From the NCBI GenBank assembly GCA_051362555.1, contig CM120640.1, positions 36,599,967 to 36,663,966 of the forward strand: a DNA stretch of 64,000 nt, read 5' to 3'. Positions within the stretch are counted from its first letter, which is position 1. Each line of letters begins with the position of its first letter. The notes beneath the pieces are model-generated. The model was not told the origin of the DNA and did no database searches. It was given only the letters and a program-made list of their open reading frames with translations. Shown one piece after another: positions 24,701 through 36,700 of the stretch. The translations under genes and the position numbers were made by a program. Origin of the DNA: Lingula anatina. Taxonomy: Eukaryota; Animalia; Brachiopoda.

Positions 24701-27700
24701 CTGGTACCTAAATGATATCTCCTACGGTGTAGACTGGCCCAAATATTATGCATGTGACCCACACGACTTTCAGGGTAAGGACAGGGTTCATTGGATAAGA
24801 AGATTATACATTTTATTTCATGGAAGTGGATAATCTCTGTGAAATTTTGCCAATAATTGCAATTTTCTAGATTCAGAAAACAAATTGCTTGATAATCCTC
24901 ATTGCCACAGTACAGTATGCTAATTTGAAACATGATATAGGTGGTTTAAATGATATATTCTGTATATGATAACAAGCATCTGATATCAGTTTGCCTCTTG
25001 GAAAGAAAACACCCTCACGATAATGTGATGGCCTTTTTAGCTACTTTTGTTAACTTTGAAAAAAAAAATGGGAAATAAAAGATAATCTTACCATTTGTTC
25101 TGAAGCTTGCAAAAATACAAAACAGGAGAGCAAAGCTGTAAAAAAAAAGAAGAAAGAAAGAAAGAAAATAAAAATGTTCATTTCAAACTACCATACTTTT
25201 AGATTCTTTCAAGCTTATAATTTATCACCCATAAATCATTAATTCGCAAGATTTTCTTTTAACAGCTTCTTGAGTTCCTTATATGCATGTCATTTTCTCA
25301 GAAAGTCTAACACTCTGTCTTCAGTGCAAATTTGCATTTCTTGGTATCTTATTTCAGTTGGTTCTCCTATTGCTATTTTCTAATGAATGTGTGCTGGCTT
25401 GTGGAATGTTTTTTTCTTTAAATAACTCTTCTATGTTTGAGTTAACAACACTTACTATTAACCATCTATTATATAATTCATTCTTGGAATTCTAATTTCA
25501 TCATTTCTAATGCCCGCCTTTCTTAGTTGTGAGAGAAATTCTTTGACACTTTTTTTTACTATATGTACGGTAGTGTTTTGTAGTGGGAGAAATAGTACAC
25601 TCCAGTATTACTATGGAGAGCCTTAGGTGTCAAAAGTTTGATTTGGATATACTAAAAATTGTGAGCTCATAACCACTACCTCGAGCTATTATAATGAGAG
25701 CATTGTAATGAAAAATCATGGGGATCTGAAGGATAATGTTATGAAATTGCCTATTACCAGAGAAACATGTTGAATTGCATAATTGTACCCTTTGACTGTT
25801 GTTTCTTATCTGTTTCCTAAAAAGCCACCAGTTTCTCTTTCTGCCATTTCTCTATTTTTTCTTATTTGTACTATAATCATTTCATATAGGAAATGTGTTT
25901 ATATATATATTTGTTATATTATAAGATGTAATGCTTCTCTACACATTTTGATTTACATGTACTCATCCATAACTTGACTTGTATTTTTTATTATTAATAA
26001 TGAAGCTGCCATTTTTTTTGAAATAGTTAAATTAATAATTTTGCAGTTTGATAATTAACAATTCTCTTATACATTTCTGTCATCATCTGAGCAACATTGC
26101 CATTGCCAGATTTCATTTTCAGTTACAATTTGAAGTATTCTTTTTTTTTTTTTTTTTTTTTTTGTAGGCACAGATGCTCAAAAGAAACTTGTTATTGGAG
26201 GTGAAGCATGTATGTGGGGAGAGTATGTAGATGGAACCAATCTCATATCTAGACTCTGGTAGGTACTTTTAGAAGCCGCAACTTATGCACCCTGAGCTTC
26301 AGAGATAACTTGCCACTAACCTCTTCACTATAGCCTATCTTCATCGTGTCAAGTTACCTCTGACGAAAATAGTTTGACCTAGTTTAGATAAGCCAATCGA
26401 ATCCATGTTTCAAAATTTTTCACCAAAGTTTGGTGAAAACGCTGATTGGTTGACCGTCAATCGGCAATCCTCGGCTGATTCCGCAAGCTCCATACTAACA
26501 ACAAAGTTATTGTCGAGTGCGGAGACATCCGAGTAGTTCCGAGTGCAAAACCGTACACAAAGAAAGCATGGCGTCTCCTACGAGTGACTACGTAAAATAA
26601 TGTGTTAAGTTATCTCTTGATTATTTGCAAAATATGAGGATATCAGAATTGAAACCAGAGCAGTTTGAGACCCTACATCATTATCTACTGAGGGATGATG
26701 TATTTTGCGTGCTGCCCACAGGTTACGGCAAGTCCCTGATATTCAGCCTTATCTTTGATTGGTCCGGATTTGAACAAAGCGCGCTTTGACTCGTTCGCGT
26801 TCATTGGCTAGATTGTTCAATGAGTCATTGAGTGCGGGCTTTAAATTTGATTGGCGGGCGGCGGGGGCTATCGAATGTGGTCAGAGGTAACTTGACACGA
26901 TGAAGATAGGCTATTGTGAAGAGGTTAGTGTCAAGTTATCTCTGAAGCTCAGGGTGCAACTTATGCTGTTAAAGGCAATAATTTTAATAAAATTGTTGTG
27001 TTTGATGCATATTTTTTGTCAACAGTGAGTTTTTCCATCTCTGCTTTGAACTTTCTGAAAAGGCAAAGCTAGTATAAGTCTTGTACAGTACACTTTTGCT
27101 GTGTTCTAAAAACGTTAGTCCAATATTGAAATATTTATCCTCAGATGATTACAATAAAATCTCAATCAATTTTTTGATAAACAATAAACAGACACCATAG
27201 GTCAGCAAGATATGCCATCACAGGCCGAGTATCAACATGGACCGATGTTACACATGTACATATATGTCTAGAGGAGTGATGCTAGTTATCAGAAAAGTAC
27301 AATTTTTTAATTTTAAAGAAAGATGTGCCTGTAGTAAAAAGAGAAAAGTACACTGAAACATTGACATTATCAGAATAATCATAACTTGATCCGGAAATTA
27401 GAAAGCTTCTTGTCATTATACATTTCCCTTGTCTTTTCAGGCCCAGAGCTTCTGCTGTAGCAGAGAGACTGTGGAGTCCCAAGCAATACAACAACACTGC
27501 AGAGGCTGCACCCCGTATTGAAGAACACAGGTGCAGGATGCTCAGGTTGGAGAGATTTGTCAATATCAAAGATTCAAATATATACAAATAAAAATGTTCT
27601 TTCTGTTCACCTCCATTTAATTATCTAGTATTAATAGTGAAAGCAAAATGTTTTAGCACATTAAGTCTTTTTGTTTAGCCATTTTCTGATTTCTAGTTTT

Positions 27701-27794
27701 TTGTCTCTGTAATTTCGCATATGGGCAGGAATGTAGTTAAGCTGCAAGGCAGGCTAAGAGCACACGCACGCATCACGCATGCTTGCTCATGTAT

Positions 27795-27835
<41 letters not shown>

Positions 27836-28166
27836 CATTACCCAGTCTCTTATCAGTGTTTCTTGTAGTGGGCAGTACTTATGTATATATCAATGTTCCT
27901 CAATCATACAGATTCTTGGCATCACAGATTTAAGTTTGTTTGGTATTGGAAAAAAACGCAGTGAACCCATTGCAAAGGCTCGTTTTCCTAGTAGTTTGTT
28001 TTTTAGTACAGATGAAAGAAACATTTTAAAAATAATAAATATGTATAAAACATGTATAAAAGTAACTGTAAATTATAATGTTTTAAATGTTTCTTCTAGG
28101 AGAGGTTTGAATGCTGAACCTGCCAATGGTCCTGGGTTCTGCAAATACGAGATGCAAGTCAACTAG
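15732..28166 (+). CDS. HEXB: Lysosomal beta-N-acetylhexosaminidase (GH20, HEXA/HEXB-like), about 546-551 aa, with alternative exon 9
   Basis: Exons: 15732-16137, 16611-16723, 16952-17062, 18773-18874, 19559-19667, 19899-20103, 20301-20387, 20904-20976, [22207-22378 | 23418-23589 | 24588-24774], 26168-26258, 27441-27545, 28100-28166. Has a signal peptide and the motifs [53 protein letters not shown], catalytic [19 protein letters not shown] and [13 protein letters not shown]. Probably co-orthologous to vertebrate HEXA and HEXB. Confidence 0.95.
16294..16460. repeat. About 85-bp tandem duplication in HEX intron 1
   Basis: TTTTAGTATAAGCAAAA...TTATGTAACGTG.GGATCAACAAACCAAAA occurs twice. Confidence 0.85.
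20680..20934 (+). repeat. 126-bp tandem duplication that includes the HEX exon 8 acceptor
   Basis: Units start at 20680 and 20806 and differ by 2 mismatches. Both contain TTTCCAG|TATCTTGAACATTGTGTCCTCGGACCAGGAT. Confidence 0.92.
22207..22378 (+). CDS. HEXB: HEX alternative exon 9a ([12 protein letters not shown])
   Basis: 172 nt, cttag|GTA...AATG|gtaag, phase 0/1, open frame. Confidence 0.9.
23418..23589 (+). CDS. HEXB: HEX alternative exon 9b ([12 protein letters not shown])
   Basis: 172 nt, cttag|GTA...AATG|gtaag, phase 0/1, 49/57 aa identical to 9a. Confidence 0.9.
24394..24561. mobile_element. hAT-like MITE, copy 1
   Basis: 15-bp perfect TIR CAGGCCCGTAGCCAG and a degenerate 8-bp TSD (ACCATTAT/ACTATCAT). 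A sister copy lies at 29724-29887. Confidence 0.85.
24588..24774 (+). CDS. HEXB: HEX alternative exon 9c ([14 protein letters not shown], +5 aa loop)
   Basis: 187 nt, tttag|GTG...CAGG|gtaag, phase 0/1, open frame. Confidence 0.88.
26288..26956 (+). mobile_element. Non-autonomous AcademH-like DNA transposon carrying a RecQ-type helicase fragment
   Basis: 77-bp TIRs (26288-26364 / 26880-26956, 2 mismatches) and a perfect 9-bp TSD CAACTTATG (26279-26287, 26957-26965). The internal frame 26568-26789 reads ...[10 protein letters not shown]...[16 protein letters not shown] (Q-motif plus Walker A) with one premature stop. Confidence 0.85.
27797..27832. repeat. (CA)n microsatellite
   Basis: Directly visible. 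Confidence 0.95.
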
Positions 28167-29723
28167 TCAGTAGCACCAGACCGATAATATCAAATAAGAG
28201 ACAATTCACCACATTCCAGGGGGAAAAATTGATCAGCATTCTAAAACTTCTGAAGGACTATCAGCTTTTCTTAATAATGCTTAAAACTTTATATAAGCCC
28301 AGTAAGAAGATGCCCATTATGAATGGTAGAAGCTGCTTTTACAATCTTTATTTGAAACCAAGTAACTGATTTTCAAGATAAATTTTCATTTGACACATAT
28401 TAATATGATATTCCTCTTTATTATTAATTAAATTTAAATCATTTATGAAATCCTCCTTGTTATATTGAATAGGCATCTTTGTCATATTGTGAAGGAATAT
28501 ATTGTTTTTATTAAATTGTGTATGTGTAATGGAATTAATATATTAAATAATGTATCTGAAATGTAAATGCTATTATTCGGAATAGTGCAAGGAGTTCCGC
28601 TGCAGTTTTTCTTTTTCAATTTTGAGGTTTTCCTTCAAAATGTCTACAATTTATACCTATGTATGCTTTTTTAAAAGAGGAAGGAAAAAATAAAGAATGA
28701 AAGACATTAATCTTTAAACAAGTTATTTGAATTTTAGACAATTTATTCACTGACATACATAAGGCATCCCGTAAATGCTTTTATATGGTTACCAAAGTAG
28801 TCATTGTCACCATAAGATGTAAAGAAACAGACACTGAGTAAATAATAATTTTTATTATTAATTAAATTATGTTGAAAATGTATTATGGTATGTTCCCATG
28901 TTACTCAGTGAGCAGGTAGAGGACATTGACCTACCTCAAGGTGACAATCAGCTTAACTTTTGTGTCACCACTTTCTTCTCAACAATTTATACATTTTTGA
29001 GTTGTTTAAGTTTCAAGCAGCTGAAGCATAAAAAGACCTATTTATATGTTGTAGACTGTATGAACAAGATTGGCTTTTTTACAGCAAGACAATCTTAACT
29101 GAAATTAGCATAATTATTGTAATATTTTGGCCTTGTATTAATATTGTTGTTTGAACAAACACCCTGTATGCGAATTACCATTATATGTAAAGATCAAGTT
29201 AGAACTAAATGCTTGCAGCTGGAGACATTTTTGCTTCATTCTATTAATTACATTCTGTCTGTACTTTTGTTAGCTTTACTGCCTAGTTGCTCTGAGAGCA
29301 GCAATTAAATTTGATGCAAACATTGATTCTTTACAAGCATTTTAACTTAGTACATGTAGCTACTGTACATATGTAATACATATATATATACATGTAATTT
29401 GCTAGAAATTAAGCGATGATGTTTACAAATATATGTATTCATTTGTTATTTGTTATAAGTACTTTAAATGAAGGAAATGGGACTCAATCATAACTTGTTA
29501 ACGTACATTGTACACGTATTAGTACAAGAACAGTTATATAATTGTAATACGTATTAATTAATGCTGATCAATACAGAGTATCGTCATATACACTGAAAAC
29601 TTGAATTTATCAACTGTCAGAAAGCCATTGTCTTCATATAATATACTGCAAACAAACAAAAAAGAGTTGCTGTTTATTGTCATTATAAATTGACTCTCCC
29701 CACCCACTCACACATTGAAAATT

Positions 29724-29887
29724 CAGGCCCGTAGCCAGCAATTTCAAAAGGGGGGTTCTTTTTCTGAAAAAGTGGACCTTTTTCCATAAAAAACTTCATA
29801 AACCTAGATCAAAATTTACCCAAAGTGGACCTTTTCCCACCAAAAGGTTCTTTCGAACCCCCCGAACCCACCCTGGCTACGGGCCTG
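29724..29887. mobile_element. hAT-like MITE, copy 2 (inverted relative to 24394-24561)
   Basis: Same TIR CAGGCCCGTAGCCAG, with reverse-complement internal sequence (AAAAGTGGACCTTTT twice). Confidence 0.85.
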
Positions 29888-30772
29888 ACATAATTTATGG
29901 GGTTCGTGAAGACTTCTTTACATGATTCCAGGGGCAGCACAATAAAACGTATTTCAAAACTTATATGGTTTTGCGCATACTTTTAAGTAATTTTAACTAA
30001 GTGGTTAATGAATTATGATTGTTTTTTATTATGTACATTGTGGTTTATTATTATTATTATTTTATTCCTCATCAAAGTGGTCAGTTTGTGCTGCGATCAA
30101 TTTCAAAATCCCATTTGAACTTGGTTCTTGAGGTCTTCGTCCAAGCCGTCTGAGTGCCTCGGCTTAGGGCTGAACGCCTACCAACTGTTTCCAACGTTGA
30201 ACTGAAGTTGAAAAGAATTCACTATTGATATATTGGTCTCCACTATACAATTGACTTAAAATAACGTTTTTCTTCGACAGAGATAAATGCGTTTAGTGCG
30301 CTCAATCCACGACTGGCATTCTCCTACAAAACCTTATGTTTTGATCACGCTTGGGACGAGAGTTTACGCGACTTCCTGCTTTATTCTTTACTCCTGATTG
30401 AGAGGTCACTTTGTGTATACGCGTCGAAAATAGTTCCATATAATCAGCAATGCAGCATATGTACTACCAAGAATTTTTACTTAGTTTACACGGCTACAGA
30501 ATACCTAGGCAAGGTTATATCACACTGTATGTTTCGTTGTCCTAAATCCACCGAAAACTTAAATTTAAGGTCAGACTGTGCGCACGAACATCAACTCTTG
30601 ACCCCAGCAATAAATCCCATTCACCTAGTGAGTCGCAAGGCTTAGAAGAAAGAGAGTCGATTACTGCAAAGGCCCATCAGTGCATTCTAGCACAGAATCA
30701 CGGACCATTGGATACCCGCATTGTCTGTGCCAGAATCATCCTGAATGTCACACGGAATCAGCTACAACACAC

Positions 30773-33700
30773 ATGGAGTGTATTCATTTGAGCGAAAATG
30801 TAAAAATCACAGCGCCCCCTATGAAAGACGAAAATCCACCGTGCCAGTTTCACTGTTCAGGTAGATGCCACAAAAGGGGTAGCTGCATCGCATTTGGTTT
30901 GCGATATGTCACCATATTGAAATTCAGTTCGAAGACCGTCACTGTAGTGCGATGGAAAATGTTTTGTGTAATGGCATTCAGAAAATGGGTGTAGCCAAGA
31001 GATCATGTGACTGATATTTAACAAGTTCGCTACTTTACAATATTCCTGGGAGTCGATGGGAGCTCCATATGAAGAAAATCTCTCTGTGATGTGTGAAGAA
31101 AAAATTATTTACTTGAAAATGATGAAATTGTGTGTACAGCTCTACTGCTTGAATATCCTGTCTTGCATGTATTTGCCTTGGATACTGTATAATTTTGTAC
31201 ATACGTTGGAGATAATATTCTCCACAGTCTTAATATGAATGACATTAGGTCTGAATAGAATGATCTTGAGTTAGTTTGTTGAGGTCAGTGCAGTCTGAAT
31301 GTATGGTAGGAATATTGACACTGTGAGGTTGCAGGCACATACATTGTCAAGTTCAAAATATCTTCAAGATTCCAGGCTATGAAGTGAATCTATTAGATAG
31401 AGAGCATTTGGGATCCCACAAGGTATACAAATGGTGTGGCGGTGATGTCTCTGTTCAGTGGAGAAAAAAAGAATGGCTCTATGCTATGTTTAGATTTACT
31501 TATTGTCAAGGAATTACCAATTTATGACAGTGTTGCACTGCGCATTTCCATGTTCAAATCTCATGGATATTCTTTGAAACTTGATATTGTTGGTCAGTAG
31601 CTGCATATGTGGGCAAATGACATCACATTTTCAAGGTGTGTAAGTCATGCTGTTTTGGCAGATGTCTGTAACAAATAACTAGCAACAAAGTTTTATAGGT
31701 GGCCTTTATGAGTAAGGTGTGCAGGGAAAAAACATTCCAGTTAGATTCATAAGACATATGTGCTAAATTAACTGTTTCTGCCACTTGAGGATAAATATAT
31801 GATAATATCCATGTTCTTGCCACATTCTGCATTATTCCCTTGATCTTATTATTGTCCAAATTTGTATTTTACCTTCTCTGTTTCCCTTAAATATGTGGAG
31901 TCAGCAGTGGGAACAAGAAGCAAGTCTTATATTGCATTGTGTAGCACCTTATGCACAGCTACTGCATAATTACTGCAACCATCTGTTATTTTGATGCCAA
32001 ATGAAGCAGTCTATAGAATACTTCAGAACAAATATTCTAGCCTAGGATGCCCGACCTGATCTTAAATAAGCCTCCTGGAAAATATTTTTGTTTAGTACTC
32101 TCTGCAAGGTAAAACTACAGCAGATTGATTATAATATAGGCTTGCCAGTACTCCAGGTGGAATAAGAATTATTCTTATCGGTGCACCCCCTCATAAAGTT
32201 TGTTTATAGTGGAAGAACCTTTTAAAAGTAGGTAGCTGTAATTACCTGGTCTTCCTGAAACTTCAGTGTTTACACAAATTTTTAATTTTTGATGTTGAAA
32301 ATGCAAGATCAAATAAATTAGTGGTTGTGAGTCATTGTCAAGATTTTAAATACCAGGAATAATAATGCAGTGTCTGTAAGGTTCTGTATCATGGTTGGGA
32401 TAATGGGAGGTATATATGATAGCAGATATATCAACTGTGGCCAGTCTTGATATTTACCGTCTCGCCTTGAATGACTCTTCGACCCCTATTATTATTATTG
32501 GTCTTTGCCAAGAAGGAGAGAAAATCAATATGGTGCTCTATAACAAGGAAACTGTTTGGATAATAGTTACATGAAAATATTCTTTTGCAGTTTCCATTAT
32601 TAGATAAATGAATAAGAATTTTAAAAAATAGATAAATTTTTTTTTTTTATATATAAAATGGACATTCTGTTTGAAGTCGTGTTTATTATGTTTCAGTATG
32701 TAAGACAAGCAAGAGTCCATGGCTTTGTTTGACATGTGGAGCAGTTCATTGTGGAAGGTAATAGGAAACCAGTCATGTGTTTGATTAAAGGGATTGGTGC
32801 TCAGTATATTTAAACAAATCAATATGATAGATGCAATGCAGTGGATGATAATAATTGAAAAAAAAAATATCATTATAACAATGTGGCAAAAGAGCCTGAC
32901 ATTTTTCTCTGTTATAGGTAGTAGCAGGCATATTTAGCAGTAATAGGTTTACTCATTTTCTCTGATTTATATGTAAATGATGCATAGAAATATTTTCTCT
33001 TCTGTGCAAATTAGGAAATTTGATATGCTAATAAACCCAAGATTAATAGCTTTTATGAAATTCAGCATAGATATTTTGTAGTATAAGAGGCTGCCCATGT
33101 AACATGAGCCTTTGAGAAATGCTGAAAAGTATCCAGAACTATTGATTTTCAAAAACTACAACTGTCTTCACATTACCAGAGTTAATGTAGATCTATGTAT
33201 TTATTTTGGCTCTTAAAAAGAAAAAAAAAATTTAACATTGAATTTGCAGCATTGTTACATATTTGTTGGTATTTTCAGATATGTCAATGCTCATGCCAAA
33301 CTGCATTACGAGGAGCGACAGAAGCATTCAGTGTGTATGGACTGTGACAGTTATGCAGCCTTTTGGTAAGAACAGATAAAATATTCCAAGCAATCTGCAC
33401 CTTGAAAAACCTTAGAATTCTTTTCATCTCTCTAGCAACACACTTTAGTAGCACTCAACTGTCACATATTATTAAACCAAAGATGTAAATTTTTACAATT
33501 TATTTGTAATATTATTCAAGACTACAGGTCATGTAAAAAAGATGTATTCTTAAAGTGGTATTACACAAAAACACTTAACTTTAAAACAATTTATTCTGTC
33601 CATAACAATATCCCCACTGCTACATTTGTAGTCAGTTTTGCTTTGAATGCTCACGTTTTTCAGCTATGCCTGTGATGAGTTTGTTATCAATGACACCGAT

Positions 33701-36700
33701 TCAGGAGACCTAGACAAACTTAGGAAACATTTACGATCAGTAGCAAAGTAAGTTTGATTCAACATATGCATTAAATGTAAATTAAGATTAATCAGATAAT
33801 ATTCCCTTGTGCTTGGTAAATAGCTGTCTCTGGTGAGGGTTCTCAGCCCTTTGAGTATGCCATTATGGGATAAAATCTAATTAAAGCACTCAATCATATT
33901 CAGAATTAAAGAGTTCAATAAAAAGAAAGTAACTTTTGTCTCTGATATGGGGAGGACCACCTACTGTGAGTGTTGACAATGAGGTCCCATCCTTCCTTGA
34001 AGGTCATCTTCAATTTTAACTTTTGTTTGTTTTTAAAAGATTAAGGAACTTGAGAACTCAAAGAAAAAAAATTATTGCACTAAGGGTGCTTTACCAGAGA
34101 TTTAGATCGATCTAAAGATTAAGTTTTAGATCGACCTAACTCCCTGGGGGTTCACGCTAAATTGCAGTCAGTCGAGCGGGCACCATAGTTAATTACCCCC
34201 TTACAGCTTTTAGTAGGCGGGACAGACGCTTAATCCTGCCAAGCTGACAGTAATCTAGTGAGACTCCCCACAGGGATAGATCGATCTAAAAATCAATGGA
34301 AATGGGGTGTAAGGGTCAAAAAGCTTTGCTAGGGAGCTTTTATAAACAAAGTAAGATATTGAAAACATTAAGTAATTGAAATTTTATTACACGTAATATA
34401 GAAGATTTCAGTTCGATGTCAGAAATGAACAATTTTAGAACAGTGGGTAGCAGAAACTGTATTTTTGTTTATTTTTGTTTCATCTCCTAGGTTTCACACA
34501 GTGAAGAACAGGAGGCGTGACTCATTGGAATCAACAGAAAATGAAGGAAAAAAGAAAAAAATTAAAACAGTAAGAAATGGGTTTAAATGTAGGATGTTCA
34601 CGAGTTATTTTGTCTAATGTATTTTTTGGGTTGGGGAATAAAGGCAGTTTGTACATATTTCATATCAGTTTATAATTATGAGATAACAAATGTAGCATAT
34701 CCGAATATTACCAATGATTATTCCTTCACCTAAATTCTATCATATGTTAAACTGCCCGAAGAAGCAACACATGAATCCCTATCATCTTACTTTTTATGCT
34801 TCAATTTTTTACTTGCTTTTCAGGACACTGGTGCTAAAGCTATCAAACCTCGTACTTCAGGACTTAGAAACCTAGGAAATACGTGTTTTATGAACGCTGT
34901 GCTGCAGTCGCTTAGGTATAGATCATAGAATTTGAGAATATGTTTAGTGCATGCCATTTGAAGGTATAGGTTGTATTTAAACTCTGATATCCATTATAAA
35001 CAAAATCAGCTTATCTTACAGTTTACACCTGGGTTTAATGGATCTGTTTAGTCTTGAATCAGTCTCGATTTCCTTGGGAGATACAACCCTAGCTGATGCT
35101 TATTTGGCCATGTTTATTTGTCATGAGGCATACTGAATTCAAGTGATGTATTGTGTTTCAGTAACATTCAGCAGTTCTGTGGCTACATAAAACAATTGCC
35201 ATCTCTGGAAAAGAAGAAGCCTCGAGCAAATGTGACCAGGTATAGAAATGGACGAGATGATGACATGTACGTTTTTGAAGTAATTTATTTTGTAAAAGTT
35301 TTGTTCTCAACAGTTTTGAATTAATCTTCATTATATCAAAATGGTATTAGTATTATACAAAACAGATATTGTTTTATTGCTACCAATGTAAAGGAGACTA
35401 AAAATAAGTTCATGGAAAACTGATATCATATAGTAAACCTGACAGCAACTGTTATGCTGGTGCTTTTAGCTAAAATCAAGGTATTCCTGTGTCAGTTTGT
35501 TTTTTAACACGATCTGTTGATATTACTACTTTCCCACAAACATACTGCATACTGTGAATTATGAATGGAGTAAAAGATGATACTCAGTTTTCACATTTCT
35601 GTTTAACAGCTTGTCATTTTGCAGAATTGCATCATTAAATTTGTAAATGTGAAAACTGATACGTTGTTTAAATTACTAAGAATTGCATTGATTGTTCTCT
35701 TAATGCAGTTATGATGCAACCACTGTGCTGTACATCTGTAACAGCCTTTGCTGTTTAGTTTTGTAAGTCCATCTGACATGTACATTATTAATCTGCAATA
35801 GTAACTACTGACTTTTACATTTATTTTGCAGTTTGTTGGTAGAAGAACTAAGAAAAACACTGATACAACTGTGGCAAGGGAACAAGTCTGCAATCTCCCC
35901 AGAGTCACTTTTTTCTGTTATATGGAAAGTAGTGCCTAGATTTAGGTATGTTTGAAAGAAAGAATGAACATAAATTTTGTCAAATATTTGGAATGCATAG
36001 TAATTATGATGTACTTCTTATAGTTTAGTTTCAAGGCTTTTTATTGAATAATATTCTCTATTTTCTTTATTAATAACATAAACATTAATTTTCTTTGAAA
36101 TTTCAGGGGTTATCAACAACAGGATGCTCATGAGTTTATGCGGTATTTATTGGACCGTTTACACACAGAGCTTTTGACTCTTCTCCCGTACCCTAATCCT
36201 TCCAGTCCATACATAGGACCAAAAGGAAAAAGTACAATTGTGACTGCCATCTTTGGTGGTCTACTTCAAAATGAAGTAAACTGTCTTATATGTGGAACAG
36301 ATTCCAAGAAACATGACCCTTTCCTTGGTAAGGATGATCTGTTGGTGTGCCCCTCGGATGTTTTTTCACAAAAAAGGACATGAATTTTTTATTTGTTAAT
36401 GTGTTAGAATGTTTGTATAGCAATCATCTATGTAAGATTTTGTGTTCATAGTTGTTTTATTCATTAGGAGACATTTCTTTAAAAACGTGGCATAAATTGA
36501 TAAATTGGGCTGTGGTTTCCGCCATTCCAGATCTCTCTTTAGATATTCCTGATTGTAAGGAAGGACTTGTCAACTTGTCAGGTGGGTTTAGATAGTATAC
36601 ACAGCAGTAACATTTGACAGATACAAAGATGTAGCAATAATACGTTAGAAACAATTATGATTTATTATTAGAAACTATTCTACACCTACATTTCAGTGCT

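Noticed and set aside
22207-24774. Reading the three HEX exons as tandem gene copies or assembly duplicates
   Set aside because: Flanking exons are single, the spacer introns are unrelated beyond short flanks, and the exons are substantially diverged.
30070-30400. GC-richer stretch with hairpin AAGCCG..CGGCTT upstream of USP3 as a possible ncRNA
   Set aside because: No tRNA, snRNA or snoRNA hallmarks could be recognised. It is compatible with ordinary promoter or UTR sequence; an Rfam search would be needed.
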